DNA from: Gammaproteobacteria bacterium
GTDB lineage: Bacteria; Pseudomonadota; Gammaproteobacteria; UBA4575
DNA length: 64,000 nt
Assembly (NCBI GenBank): GCA_965243395.1
Contig: CBDEUS010000002.1
Coordinates: 224,001-288,000, forward strand
Reading direction: 5' to 3'
Below, piece by piece: positions 1 through 10,267 of the stretch (position 1 is its first letter; every line of letters starts with the position of its first letter). Made by a program: the position numbers and the translations under genes. Under the pieces are notes generated by a model. The model was not told where the DNA came from. It searched no databases and saw only the letters and a list, made by a program, of their open reading frames with translations.

Positions 1-63
1 ATAAAACTTACTTTGAATACCAACTATTAAAAATATCCATCGTAAGTATTTTAGGAGGAGTAT

Positions 64-1296
64 CTACTTAGTCACAAATTCTGGATAGGCTTCCATACCA
101 CACTCAGAAAGATCTACACCGTCATATTCATCTTCATCACTTACACGAATGCCTATGATCATCTTAATGATCAACCATGTAATGAAACTAGCTACGAATA
201 CCCAAATAAAGATGGTAGCTGCACCAATCAATTGGCCAGAGAATGAAGACCCGTCATTGGTTATTGGTACGAGTAATAAACCTAATAGACCTACTACGCC
301 GTGAACCGATATTGCACCAACAGGATCATCAATTTTCATTTTATCTAGTGTGATAATACTAAATACAACGAGTATTCCACCCAGACCGCCAAATATTGTG
401 GCCATTAATGGCGTTGGTGTTGAAGGTTCAGCCGTGATTGCAACCAAACCCGCTAACGCGCCATTCAATGCCATGGTTAAATCTGCTTTTCCAAACATTA
501 TGCGTGCAAGTACTAATGCGGCTATGAGACCACCCGCAGCTGCAGCATTGGTATTCATGAATACAACGGCAACTGAATTTGCACTTTCAACACTGGCTGT
601 TGCTAACACTGAACCTCCGTTAAACCCAAACCAACCCAACCAGAGGACAAATGTACCTAGAGTAGCCAGCGGTAAATTCGCACCCGGCATGGCAACGACT
701 TTACCCTCACTGTCATATTTACCTTTACGTGCCCCGAGTAATATGACACCTGCTAACGCTGCGGAAGCACCCGCCATATGAACAATGCCGGAACCAGCAA
801 AGTCTGAGAACCCTAAATCACCCAATGTGTACATACCAAAGACAGATACACCGCCCCAAGTCCAACTACCTTCCATTGGATAAATAAAGCCTGTCATTAC
901 AACCGCAAATATTAAAAATGCCCATAACTTCATACGTTCCGCTACGGCACCTGAAACGATTGACATTGCAGTTGCTACGAATACCACTTGGAAAAAGAAA
1001 TCTGCAGAAGGAGCATAGGTTGCAGGTTCTTCTGCACCAGCAACACCATCACCCATAATGCCGCTTAAGAAAGTTCCACCATCATACATAATCATGTATC
1101 CACAAATCATGTACATGGTGCAAGCCACTGCATAAAGAGCAATATTTTTTGTAAGAATTTCTGTTGTGTTCTTTGCGCGAACTAAACCAGCTTCCAACAT
1201 TGCGAAGCCAGCTGCCATCCACATAACTAATGCGCCACACACCAAAAAGTAAAAGGTGTCTAGTGCATATTGCAATTCAAATATACTGTTTTCCAC
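64..1296 (-). CDS. amtB: Ammonium transporter (Amt family)
   Basis: DFAGSGIVH, WFGFNGGS and DDPVGAISVHG motifs with both conserved His; directly downstream of glnK; GTG start with AGGAGG RBS. Confidence 0.97.
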   Translation of the reverse strand: MENSIFELQYALDTFYFLVCGALVMWMAAGFAMLEAGLVRAKNTTEILTKNIALYAVACTMYMICGYMIMYDGGTFLSGIMGDGVAGAEEPATYAPSADFFFQVVFVATAMSIVSGAVAERMKLWAFLIFAVVMTGFIYPMEGSWTWGGVSVFGMYTLGDLGFSDFAGSGIVHMAGASAALAGVILLGARKGKYDSEGKVVAMPGANLPLATLGTFVLWLGWFGFNGGSVLATASVESANSVAVVFMNTNAAAAGGLIAALVLARIMFGKADLTMALNGALAGLVAITAEPSTPTPLMATIFGGLGGILVVFSIITLDKMKIDDPVGAISVHGVVGLLGLLLVPITNDGSSFSGQLIGAATIFIWVFVASFITWLIIKMIIGIRVSDEDEYDGVDLSECGMEAYPEFVTK

Positions 1297-1346
1297 AATT
1301 CCCTCCTAATTTAGGAATTTAATTATTTATTTATATCCAAAATTTT

Positions 1347-1752
<406 letters not shown>

Positions 1753-1764
1753 AGATTCTTTTGA

Positions 1765-2454
1765 TTAACTACCCCAGCTCATGATGTCGAAGCTACGGTG
1801 AATACCTACATAGGCTTCCGTCTCGTCATCGTCATCTGTTCCTAGGATTTCAGCATCTTCGGTATGAACAATTGCTGCGGTCATATCAAAGCCAGCAACT
1901 TCAAATCCATAACCAAACTCAAAGTAGTTGCCTAAATCATCGTCAGCATCATCATCAAATTTGCCGTATGTTAAATAAACACCGTTCCATCCAACTGTTG
2001 CTGCAAAAAAATCATATTCGTCACCATCAGAAAATTCTCCGTTGTATTCTCCAGTGGTGTATTCAAGATCTAGTGACCACATTTCGCCTGAGGTACCCGC
2101 ATAGAAATTAATTTCGTTGTATTCGCTATCGAAATCATCAGAGTATTGATATGACGTACCACCCGCACCAAGATAAAAACCACTCTCAAACTCGTGGACA
2201 TATCCTGCATACAGGTCATATTCAATTCCGTCCTCTACATCAGCAACCCATGTCCCAAGATAAAATCCACCAATCTCTAAATCTAATCCACCATTACCAG
2301 TGCCCGAAGATTGTGGAATTCCGCGGAAGATGTAATCGGATAAAATTCCTGCATTGCCCGAAAGTGTCGCTTCGGCAGATGCAGTAGTAGTAAGCATGGT
2401 TGTGCTTGTTGCTAAAACAGCCGCCAATGACAGATGTTGTAGTTTCTTATTCAT
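1765..2454 (-). CDS. TorF-family putative porin (TIGR02001-like outer membrane protein)
   Basis: Signal peptide, SDYIFRGIPQS motif, EYDLYAGY, aromatic-rich beta strands; typical position upstream of glnK-amtB. Confidence 0.85.
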   Translation of the reverse strand: MNKKLQHLSLAAVLATSTTMLTTTASAEATLSGNAGILSDYIFRGIPQSSGTGNGGLDLEIGGFYLGTWVADVEDGIEYDLYAGYVHEFESGFYLGAGGTSYQYSDDFDSEYNEINFYAGTSGEMWSLDLEYTTGEYNGEFSDGDEYDFFAATVGWNGVYLTYGKFDDDADDDLGNYFEFGYGFEVAGFDMTAAIVHTEDAEILGTDDDDETEAYVGIHRSFDIMSWGS

Positions 2455-2504
2455 TTAATTTTCCTCCCTTGAAAAAGGCATAGTTTGTATTTCAGTGTTG
2501 TTAT

Positions 2505-2521
2505 TGCAGAACACATGCCAA
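2505..2521 (-). promoter_or_regulatory. Sigma54 (-24/-12) promoter of the porin-glnK-amtB operon
   Basis: Minus strand TTGGCATGTGTTCTGCA: GG-N10-GC spacing, about 50 nt upstream of the porin start. Confidence 0.88.
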
Positions 2522-2568
2522 CTTTTTATCCCAATCAAAACAGTGGGTTATAATTTTTTTTAGCAACG

Positions 2569-2619
2569 TGCACCAAAATAATGCTCTGCTATATTGCGTA
2601 TATGCACCTAAATGGTGCG
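2569..2619. promoter_or_regulatory. Tandem NtrC binding sites
   Basis: TGCACCAAAATAATGCT (2569-2585) and TGCACCTAAATGGTGCG (2603-2619) match TGCACC-N5-GGTGCA and lie upstream of the sigma54 promoter. Confidence 0.85.
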
Positions 2620-2674
2620 CGGAATTTAATAGTGATTCCGTTACACTATTAAGCTGCTTTTAAGGAGAAATGTG

Positions 2675-2944
2675 ATGAAATTAGATACCGAAGCTTTGGA
2701 TCAGACAGTGAATGAAATTGTGCGTAAAATCAGTGCTGCAATTCCTGAAGATTTGAAAAGTGCAAAGCAGGGACTTGAAAAAAATGCACGTGCAACGGTT
2801 GAGGGGGCATTCCAACGATTAGATCTTGTGACTCGCGAAGAATTTGATGTGCAAGTGATGTTGCTATCAAAAAGTCAACAACGAGTTAAAGAATTAGAAC
2901 AACGTCTCAGCCAACTTGAAGAAAAACTAAAAAACACCTCATAA
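2675..2944 (+). CDS. ubiK: Ubiquinone biosynthesis accessory factor UbiK (BMFP family)
   Basis: LDLVTREEFDVQ signature, coiled-coil C-terminus; divergent from the glnK operon and upstream of comM (alternative GTG start at 2672). Confidence 0.9.
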   Translation: MKLDTEALDQTVNEIVRKISAAIPEDLKSAKQGLEKNARATVEGAFQRLDLVTREEFDVQVMLLSKSQQRVKELEQRLSQLEEKLKNTS

Positions 2945-2956
2945 GACAACACAACA

Positions 2957-4471
2957 ATGAGTCTTGCTACGGTCTATTCCCGAGCGCAAACGGGAATGGA
3001 AGCGCTACTAGTTACCGTGGAGGTAGACCTTTCCAACGGTTTGCCTGGCTTATCGATTGTGGGTTTACCTGAAGCCGCAGTTAAAGAAAGTAAAGATCGC
3101 GTACGCGCCGCTTTACTGAATTCCGGTTTCGAATTTCCCAGCAGGCGTATTACTGTAAATCTGGCACCGGCAGACTTACCAAAAGAAGGTGGCCGATTTG
3201 ATTTGCCAATAGCACTCGGCATTCTTGCAGCATCAAAGCAGCTCCAAAATGGCTCTTTAGCATCCAATGAATATATAGGTGAACTAAGTTTAAGTGGTGA
3301 CTTACGTCCAGTGCACGGCGTGTTACCTGCAGCAGTTGCCAGCCATAAACAACAACGTTCTATTGTTGTGCCATTTGAAAATGCTAATGAAGCGCACCTA
3401 GCAAAACAAACCACTGTCTACGCTACAAAAAGTTTATTAGAACTGTGTGCACATCTTTCCGCACAAGAATTCATTTTGCCCTTTAAAGAAAATTTTCAAA
3501 CCAATACTCAAAGAGAAACATTAGACCTTCGTGATGTGCGAGGGCAGCATCATGCCAAACGTGCTTTAGAAGTGGCCGCTGCAGGGTTTCATAATATGTT
3601 GATGGTAGGCTCACCAGGAAGTGGTAAAACCATGCTTGCGAGTCGACTACCTGGCATTTTGCCTGCACTCACGGAGGAAGAGGCTGTTGAATCTGCAACG
3701 ATCTATTCAATAAGCCATGGTGGTTTTTCACATGAACAGTGGGGTTTACGTCCGTTTCGCACCCCTCACCATACTGCATCCGCTGTCGCACTTGTTGGAG
3801 GTGGCTCATACCCCAAGCCGGGTGAAATATCTTTAGCACACCATGGGGTATTGTTTTTAGATGAATTAACAGAGTTTGATCGACATGTATTAGAAGTGTT
3901 ACGTGAACCACTCGAAACTGGCAACATTGCAATCTCACGTGCTGCGAGACAAGTGCAATTCCCGGCACGTTTTCAATTAGTTGCAGCAATGAATCCGTGC
4001 CCGCAAGGATGCGACATCGATATCAACGGCAACTGTGCATGCACCCCTGAACAAATTCGTCGTTATCGTGGGCGTATTTCAGCACCCTTGCTTGATCGAA
4101 TCGATATTCATGTAGATGTACCACGTGTTGCTAAAGAACAACTGTTACAAAAAACAGCAAATGAAAGTGAATCGAGTGCAGAGGTACAACAGCGAGTAAG
4201 TGCTACACGTGAAGTTCAGTTACAAAGACAACAAAAACCCAACGCTTATATGAGCAATAAGGAAATCGAAAAATATTGTGCACTTGAAAAAGAAAGCGAA
4301 AAACTTATCTATACCGCGTTTGAAAAATTAGGTTTATCTGCGCGCGGCTATCACCGCACACTGAAACTGGCACGCACCATTGCCGATTTAGAAAATTCTG
4401 AACAGATAGAAGCCACTCACTTAAGTGAAGCTATTGGCTATAGACAATATGATCGCTTATTGAATAAATAG
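2957..4471 (+). CDS. comM: YifB/ComM Mg-chelatase-like AAA+ ATPase
   Basis: NLAPADLPKEGGRFDLPIA, Walker A GSPGSGKT, PGEISLAHHGVLFLDE. Confidence 0.93.
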   Translation: MSLATVYSRAQTGMEALLVTVEVDLSNGLPGLSIVGLPEAAVKESKDRVRAALLNSGFEFPSRRITVNLAPADLPKEGGRFDLPIALGILAASKQLQNGSLASNEYIGELSLSGDLRPVHGVLPAAVASHKQQRSIVVPFENANEAHLAKQTTVYATKSLLELCAHLSAQEFILPFKENFQTNTQRETLDLRDVRGQHHAKRALEVAAAGFHNMLMVGSPGSGKTMLASRLPGILPALTEEEAVESATIYSISHGGFSHEQWGLRPFRTPHHTASAVALVGGGSYPKPGEISLAHHGVLFLDELTEFDRHVLEVLREPLETGNIAISRAARQVQFPARFQLVAAMNPCPQGCDIDINGNCACTPEQIRRYRGRISAPLLDRIDIHVDVPRVAKEQLLQKTANESESSAEVQQRVSATREVQLQRQQKPNAYMSNKEIEKYCALEKESEKLIYTAFEKLGLSARGYHRTLKLARTIADLENSEQIEATHLSEAIGYRQYDRLLNK

Positions 4472-4486
4472 GCGCCCACTAATCGA

Positions 4487-4972
4487 TTACTGAACAGACT
4501 CCAGCATAAAGTCAACCGCTAACTTAATATCGTCATCTGATAAATCTACACGACCGCCTTTCGGTGGCATGCCACCAATGCCATTAATCGCATTAGCGTA
4601 CAAAGTATCTTTACCTTTCCCTAGTCGATCACCCCAACCTGCCTTGTCACCTAATTTAGGTGCATTGAGTACCCCCGCATCATGACAAGCCGCACATGCG
4701 GTATAGAGCTCTTCACCAGTTTTGGCTGCACCTGCATCATTTGAAGCGACTACAGTCTCTTCTCCTTCACTGGCATTCGCTGGGCTAACCCCATTAATTG
4801 CCAACATACCGACAGGCTTGATTCTTTGCTGTAGATTGCCTTGTATTAAGTCATCTTCCGAATAATTGGTATCAGGAAGTAGCACGTTAGCAATAATCAT
4901 GATTACTACCGTTGAAGCCACTAAGACGCCAATTATTATCATCAATGTCGTTGCAAACTGATCGTCGTTCAC
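4487..4972 (-). CDS. Cytochrome c5 family protein
   Basis: N-terminal TM anchor, RIKPVG, CAACH heme motif, GAPK/MPPKGG. Confidence 0.9.
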   Translation of the reverse strand: MNDDQFATTLMIIIGVLVASTVVIMIIANVLLPDTNYSEDDLIQGNLQQRIKPVGMLAINGVSPANASEGEETVVASNDAGAAKTGEELYTACAACHDAGVLNAPKLGDKAGWGDRLGKGKDTLYANAINGIGGMPPKGGRVDLSDDDIKLAVDFMLESVQ

Positions 4973-5136
4973 ACAAACTCCTAGTTTCTTGTTGATTCGA
5001 TTATTGAACGTGGCGGATTATAGTGAATGAGCGTTACGAAACCAATTACCTATAACAGTAGTCTGTGGGTAAATAATTAGGTAGAGACGCTATTTAGATT
5101 GAAATAAGTCTATAAACCACATAATTTTCATACCTC

Positions 5137-6966
5137 ATGCCGTTTCCTGCAGCCCCCGATCCACACGCGATAGGAATTTTGATACTTACGGTAATTGCTT
5201 TAATTTTATTCACACGCGAGAACATCCCACTAGAGACTTCTAGCCTGCTTGTAATTGCGATTTTAGCCGTTGGTTTTGAAGTTTTCCCCTACCAACTAGA
5301 TGGGAATAAATTTCATTCAATCGGCCTATTTTCTGGCTTTGGGCATGAGGCCCTGATTGCTGTATGTGCACTGATGATCGCCGGGCAAGCATTAGTGCGT
5401 ACCGGTGCGCTCGAACCTATAGGCCGTTCTTTGGCAAAACTTTGGCGTATCAGTCCATTGATTTCATTATTACTGACATTGGTTATTGGGGCAGTGTTGA
5501 GTGCCTTCATCAACAACACTCCTGTAGTGGTGTTATTGCTACCGATATTAATCAGTGTTTCATTACGCACCAATCGTTCACCTTCCAGTGTCTTAATGCC
5601 CATGGGCTTTGCAACATTAGTGGGTGGAATGTGTACCACAATTGGCACTTCTACTAACTTACTTGTGGTCTCCGTCGCTTCCGACATGGGTGTAGAAAAA
5701 TTTTCCATGTTTGATTTTCTTTTACCCGCCAGTATTGCTTCTATACTTGGGGTTGCATATCTATGGTTGATTGCACCATTACTAGTATCAGAACGTGAAA
5801 CACCTTTAACTGATGCTTCACCACGTGTTTTTCTTGCGCAGCTTCATATTCCTGAAGACAGCCGCTCCGTTGGCAATACTCTTGCACAACTCATTAAGAA
5901 AACCAGCAATGCGATGAAAGTAGAAAAGATTCAACGCGGCGAAAATACTTTTCTTTCATTATTACCTGACGTAGAAATTAAAGCGGGTGATCGATTGTTC
6001 GTGCGCGATACTCCAAAAGAACTAAAAGAGTATGAAGAAGTACTTGGTGCTACCTTGTACTCTGACAACGAACCTATTAAAGGTGATGACTTTGCCTCAA
6101 CTTCTCAGCAACAACTAGCGGAAATCGTAGTTTCTCAAGGCTCGCCGCTTGATAACACAACATTGTCTCGCTTACGATTTAATGATCGATACCAACTCTT
6201 GCCGCTAGCCTTACACCATGCGGGTAAAAAGATAGAAAATCTTTATTCAGGTGTGCACGAAGTCTGGTTGCGCACTGGAGATATCATCTTAGTTCAAGGT
6301 AAAGCTGATACTTTAAAAAAACTGAAGCAAAGTGGTGAATTGTTAGTTTTAGATTCCACAGAGGATCTTCCACACTCTGAGAAAGCAACATTAGCTTTGA
6401 CCATAATGATTGGTATCGTGCTTTTAGCGGCTTTAGGAATATTACCTATTGCAATCAGTGCAGTATGTGGAGTGTTATTGCTTGTTGTCACTGGGTGTTT
6501 AAATTGGCGTGAAGCGACACAAGCTTTAAGTACACCAATAGTACTTATTGTCGTTGCAAGTTTAGCCATGGGTTCTGCACTACTTATCACTGGGGGCACA
6601 GAATATATGGCCAGTGTTTTTTTATACTTAACTGCAGGAGCAAGTGCGCCGATTGTGTTAAGTGGTTTAATGTTACTGATGGCTTTGCTTACAAATATTG
6701 TGTCAAATAATGCGGCTGCTGTAATCGGCACACCCGTTGCCGTAAGTATTGCACAACAAATTGATCAACCTGCAGCACCTTTTATTTTAGCGGTACTATT
6801 TGGTGCGAACATGAGCTACATCACCCCCATGGCATACAAAACAAACTTGTTAGTAATGAATGCGGGCGGTTATAAGTTTATGGATTTTGTAAAAGTAGGC
6901 ACTCCTCTTACCATTATCATGTGGTTGAGTTATTCCTTACTATTACCTTGGCTTTATAAATTGTAA
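5137..6966 (+). CDS. SLC13/DASS family permease with two TrkA-C (RCK_C) domains
   Basis: SAFINNTPVV, GGMCTTIGTSTNL, VSNNAAA, TNLLVMNAGGYKF; central soluble domains. Confidence 0.9.
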   Translation: MPFPAAPDPHAIGILILTVIALILFTRENIPLETSSLLVIAILAVGFEVFPYQLDGNKFHSIGLFSGFGHEALIAVCALMIAGQALVRTGALEPIGRSLAKLWRISPLISLLLTLVIGAVLSAFINNTPVVVLLLPILISVSLRTNRSPSSVLMPMGFATLVGGMCTTIGTSTNLLVVSVASDMGVEKFSMFDFLLPASIASILGVAYLWLIAPLLVSERETPLTDASPRVFLAQLHIPEDSRSVGNTLAQLIKKTSNAMKVEKIQRGENTFLSLLPDVEIKAGDRLFVRDTPKELKEYEEVLGATLYSDNEPIKGDDFASTSQQQLAEIVVSQGSPLDNTTLSRLRFNDRYQLLPLALHHAGKKIENLYSGVHEVWLRTGDIILVQGKADTLKKLKQSGELLVLDSTEDLPHSEKATLALTIMIGIVLLAALGILPIAISAVCGVLLLVVTGCLNWREATQALSTPIVLIVVASLAMGSALLITGGTEYMASVFLYLTAGASAPIVLSGLMLLMALLTNIVSNNAAAVIGTPVAVSIAQQIDQPAAPFILAVLFGANMSYITPMAYKTNLLVMNAGGYKFMDFVKVGTPLTIIMWLSYSLLLPWLYKL

Positions 6967-7102
6967 CAAGATCACGCACAAGTTAAGTTGTTAATGGTCA
7001 TTCATCCTGTTAAATATTTCTTTTATACAAGCCATTTTTTAGGACATGATTTATTACCGTACAATGACGCAGTAATTAGTATGGTATAAGGATTTACCCA
7101 TA

Positions 7103-7585
7103 ATGATTCAGACTCTACGAATTCTTTTTATTTCTGTTTTATGTTCCAGCATACTTTTTGGTTGCGGGCATACACCTGAACCTAAGACACCAACAAAACA
7201 AATCGTCAACCACACAAATGATGGACAGAAAATTGCGAACTTAGCCAAGTCTTTATTAGGTACGCCTTATAAATATGGAGGTGCATCTCCTAAAGGGTTT
7301 GATTGCAGTGGTTTGGTATATTACACACATGGACAATTTGGAATCCGTACTCCTCGCACTTCATCGCAACAATATAAATATGCAAAAAATATCGAGCTAA
7401 ACGAATTAAACTCTGGCGATTTAGTATTCTTCACACTCAACAATAAAAACGTTTCTCATGTCGGAATTTATATTGGTAAAGGAAAGTTTGTACATGCGCC
7501 TAAGAGCGGCAAACATGTAGCGGTCAACCATTTAAATGATGGCTATTGGCGACCGCGTATTGTAGCGGGCGGAAGACTTTACTAA
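7103..7585 (+). CDS. NlpC/P60 (C40) peptidoglycan endopeptidase lipoprotein
   Basis: Lipobox LFGC; PYKYGG, FDCSGL, HVGIY, FVHA catalytic motifs. Confidence 0.93.
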   Translation: MIQTLRILFISVLCSSILFGCGHTPEPKTPTKQIVNHTNDGQKIANLAKSLLGTPYKYGGASPKGFDCSGLVYYTHGQFGIRTPRTSSQQYKYAKNIELNELNSGDLVFFTLNNKNVSHVGIYIGKGKFVHAPKSGKHVAVNHLNDGYWRPRIVAGGRLY

Positions 7586-7737
7586 GCTACAAACGATTAA
7601 ATAATATTCTTGAATAGCTGTTATTGATCCATCCATCCAACCTGCGATTCCTCTTATCTTGAGTCAGATAAATTTTCGGCTAAATTGCCGTTATAGTTTT
7701 ATGAACCTTTTTCATGGATGTAACAAGGTAGCTTACA

Positions 7738-7887
7738 TTGGATACGGAAGTTAGACATACAGTTCGTAGAATATTTGAACATCTTAGAAAGCAACAGCCT
7801 AAGATGCGTCCACGTAAAAATGATCGCATTAACGTTGATCAAATGCTTAAAGATCATCGCAAAAGCGACAATCATTCAGAATCATAA
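7738..7887 (+). CDS. Putative 49-aa basic small protein (MDTEVRHTVRRIFEHLRKQQPKMRPRKNDRINVDQMLKDHRKSDNHSES)
   Basis: Open frame from TTG 7738 to TAA 7887, AAGG about 9 nt upstream, fills the gap and ends 4 nt from the dsbA stop; not in the ORF track. Confidence 0.45.
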   Translation: MDTEVRHTVRRIFEHLRKQQPKMRPRKNDRINVDQMLKDHRKSDNHSES

Positions 7888-7891
7888 GTCT

Positions 7892-8590
7892 CTAGTTAAC
7901 ATCAGATGAAGCATTCATTGCGTTTGCTTCTTGCTCAGCTAGCATATTTACCAAGTGTAATAAATTTTCGTAACCACCTGCATCACTCGCTGAAGTTCGA
8001 TATTTACCATTGATCACTACCTGTGGCACTGAGCTTACGCCATATTGACGTACTATTTGCTCCGAGCGCTTAATCTTTGTTTCTACATACATGGAGTCAT
8101 AAGCGCTTTTGAATTTTTCTTCATCAATACCCTGCTGTAATAAAAATCTTGCCATAGATTCTTTATCTCTTAAGCGCCTTCCTTGTGAATGAATAGCTTC
8201 AAAAAAAAGTGGGTGTATTCTCTCTAATTCGCCCATTGTTTCTAATGCATAAAAAGCTCTTGCATGCGAAATCCAACCACGGTTTAACACAGCTGGCACA
8301 CGTTTAAAACTGATATGTTCAGGAATGTTTTCTTTCCAGCTTTCAATATGTGGTTCAAAGTCAAAACAATGCGGGCAACCGTACCAAAACAATTCCACCA
8401 CCTCGACTTTACCTTCTTCAACATCTGTTGGTACTTCTGGAGTGATTCTATGGTAATGCCGTCCCTCTTGAGGATTAGTCAGAGTAGCATGCTCATGGCC
8501 ATCTTCTGCATGAACAGAAAACATTAAAAATGTTGCTAGTAATAAAGTAATTAGAATTGAAAAAATAGTACGAGATGCAAGCATATTCAT
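7892..8590 (-). CDS. dsbA: Thiol:disulfide oxidoreductase DsbA
   Basis: EVVELFWYGCPHC active site, cis-Pro loop SVP, VINGKY; downstream of cytochrome c4. Confidence 0.93.
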   Translation of the reverse strand: MNMLASRTIFSILITLLLATFLMFSVHAEDGHEHATLTNPQEGRHYHRITPEVPTDVEEGKVEVVELFWYGCPHCFDFEPHIESWKENIPEHISFKRVPAVLNRGWISHARAFYALETMGELERIHPLFFEAIHSQGRRLRDKESMARFLLQQGIDEEKFKSAYDSMYVETKIKRSEQIVRQYGVSSVPQVVINGKYRTSASDAGGYENLLHLVNMLAEQEANAMNASSDVN

Positions 8591-8620
8591 ATTTTAATTG
8601 TGCAAAGTTTGATTACTTGT

Positions 8621-8647
8621 TTTGACACACCCAACAGCTACTAGTTC
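8621..8647 (-). promoter_or_regulatory. SigmaE (RpoE/AlgU)-type promoter of dsbA
   Basis: Minus strand GAACTA-N16-TCAAA, 30 nt upstream of the dsbA start. Confidence 0.65.
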
Positions 8648-8693
8648 TAAAGCTTATTAGCTTTTTTTACCGCTTATCCTATAAACAAACTAT

Positions 8694-9335
8694 TTAATGT
8701 AAGCCAGAAATATATTCCGAAACCGCATCAATCTCGGTATCACTTAGATAAATTGCTATCTCTTTCATCATGTTCAGATTGTCGTCAGGCTGATAGCGAG
8801 CGCCACTTCGATATGCCCTTAATTGAGCCGCAGTATATACCGCGTGTTGCCCTGCAAGATGCGGGAATTTTGCCGGTCCGTTCCCCACACCGTCGGGGGC
8901 ATGGCAAGACATACAGGCAGGCACACCTGTTTCGGGGTTACCTCCGCGATAAATTCTTTCACCGATGACATATAATTTTTCACCCTGAAATTCTTTATCA
9001 GGATCTGCGCTGCCCCGGCCCGCTTCCAGGCCAGAATAATATGCTGCAATATCTTCAATATCTTGCTCAGATAAATTTTCTGCTTGCGGATTCATCAAAG
9101 TATTTACACGGATCTTTTCTTTGAACAAATTCAGTTGGTCAATCATGTATTTTTCACCTTGCCCTGCAAGGTTGGGCCATGCGGGATTAACACTCACCCC
9201 TTCAACACCATGACATGCCACACAAGGTGCAGATTTTTGTTTGCCGGCTTCTGAGTCACCTGCTGCACATACCACGGTTGCATGTAGTGAAACAAAATAA
9301 AACGCTAAGATAAGCAAACAATATATTCTCTTCAT
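8694..9335 (-). CDS. Di-heme cytochrome c4
   Basis: Signal peptide, CVACH and CMSCH, PNLAGQ/PHLAGQ; divergent from engB. Confidence 0.93.
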   Translation of the reverse strand: MKRIYCLLILAFYFVSLHATVVCAAGDSEAGKQKSAPCVACHGVEGVSVNPAWPNLAGQGEKYMIDQLNLFKEKIRVNTLMNPQAENLSEQDIEDIAAYYSGLEAGRGSADPDKEFQGEKLYVIGERIYRGGNPETGVPACMSCHAPDGVGNGPAKFPHLAGQHAVYTAAQLRAYRSGARYQPDDNLNMMKEIAIYLSDTEIDAVSEYISGLH

Positions 9336-9545
9336 GTATAGAACCCTTAATGCAAATTTTCCAGGTTAATAGTCGGTATCAAACAGATCTTGTCTGTTTG
9401 AAGCGCGCCATGATATAGCAAAAGTACTAATAGCCGCAAAATAGTTAGTCATTATATAGTGGCCCTAATTGTTCAGCTCAATGGCGTTAAAATCTATCTT
9501 ACTTACTGAGTAGCTATTCAAAAAATCTTTATAAAGCAAGCCAAT

Positions 9546-10154
9546 ATGAGTTCTCAACTGTCAAAAGCACGCTTTTTGCAAAGTGCTTCAGCCAAGCAAG
9601 ATTTCCCTAATGATATCAAGGCTGAAATCGCTTTTTGCGGCCGCTCCAATGCAGGTAAATCCAGTGCAATTAACACCCTATGCCGACAAAAAAATCTTGC
9701 TCGCACCAGCAAAACACCTGGCCGTACCCAATTAATCAATTTTTTCAAACTAGATGGCGATACTTGCCTGGTAGATCTACCAGGCTACGGCTATGCCAAA
9801 GCACCCGCAAAAGTACAGCAAAAATGGCATCGGTTAATGGAAGACTACCTGACGATGCGAGAACCCCTATGTGGTTTAGTGCTGCTTATGGATATTCGCC
9901 ATCCATTGACGGAAATTGACTGGACGATGATTCACTGGACAAACCATTACCAACTACCGCTTTATATCCTGCTTACCAAAGCGGATAAAGTGAATCGAAA
10001 CCATACTACGAAGACCATGACTTTAGTCACTTCAAAATTAGAACAAGAAGGGTTCGATTGTGGGGTCCAAACCTTCTCAGCCACTAAGCAAATTGGACTC
10101 CATCAGGCACAAAACAAGATTGTAGACTGGTTAAATTCAGCTATGACAAGATAA
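9546..10154 (+). CDS. engB: Ribosome biogenesis GTPase YihA/EngB
   Basis: GRSNAGKSS, SKTPGRTQ, DLPGYG, TKADK. Confidence 0.96.
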   Translation: MSSQLSKARFLQSASAKQDFPNDIKAEIAFCGRSNAGKSSAINTLCRQKNLARTSKTPGRTQLINFFKLDGDTCLVDLPGYGYAKAPAKVQQKWHRLMEDYLTMREPLCGLVLLMDIRHPLTEIDWTMIHWTNHYQLPLYILLTKADKVNRNHTTKTMTLVTSKLEQEGFDCGVQTFSATKQIGLHQAQNKIVDWLNSAMTR

Positions 10155-10264
10155 AAAAAGCGCCCCGGTTAGCAAAAACCGGGGCCAAGAATGACTCGGT
10201 TGGGGAGCCCGAGCCTTATTTTAGCCCGCTAAGGGAGGGAAGCGGGTGACGCGAAAAGCGTCAC
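10153..10264 (-). ncRNA. Candidate sRNA (four hairpins, C-rich loops, intrinsic terminator) at the Spot42/ErsA/sX13 locus
   Basis: Minus-strand stems GTGACGC-TTTTC-GCGTCAC, CCCGCT-TCCCTCCCTT-AGCGGG, CTCGG-GCTCCCCAA-CCGAG, GCCCCGGTT..AACCGGGGC followed by T7; GC-rich island in AT-rich spacer; own promoter. Confidence 0.75.
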
Positions 10265-10267
10265 TAG

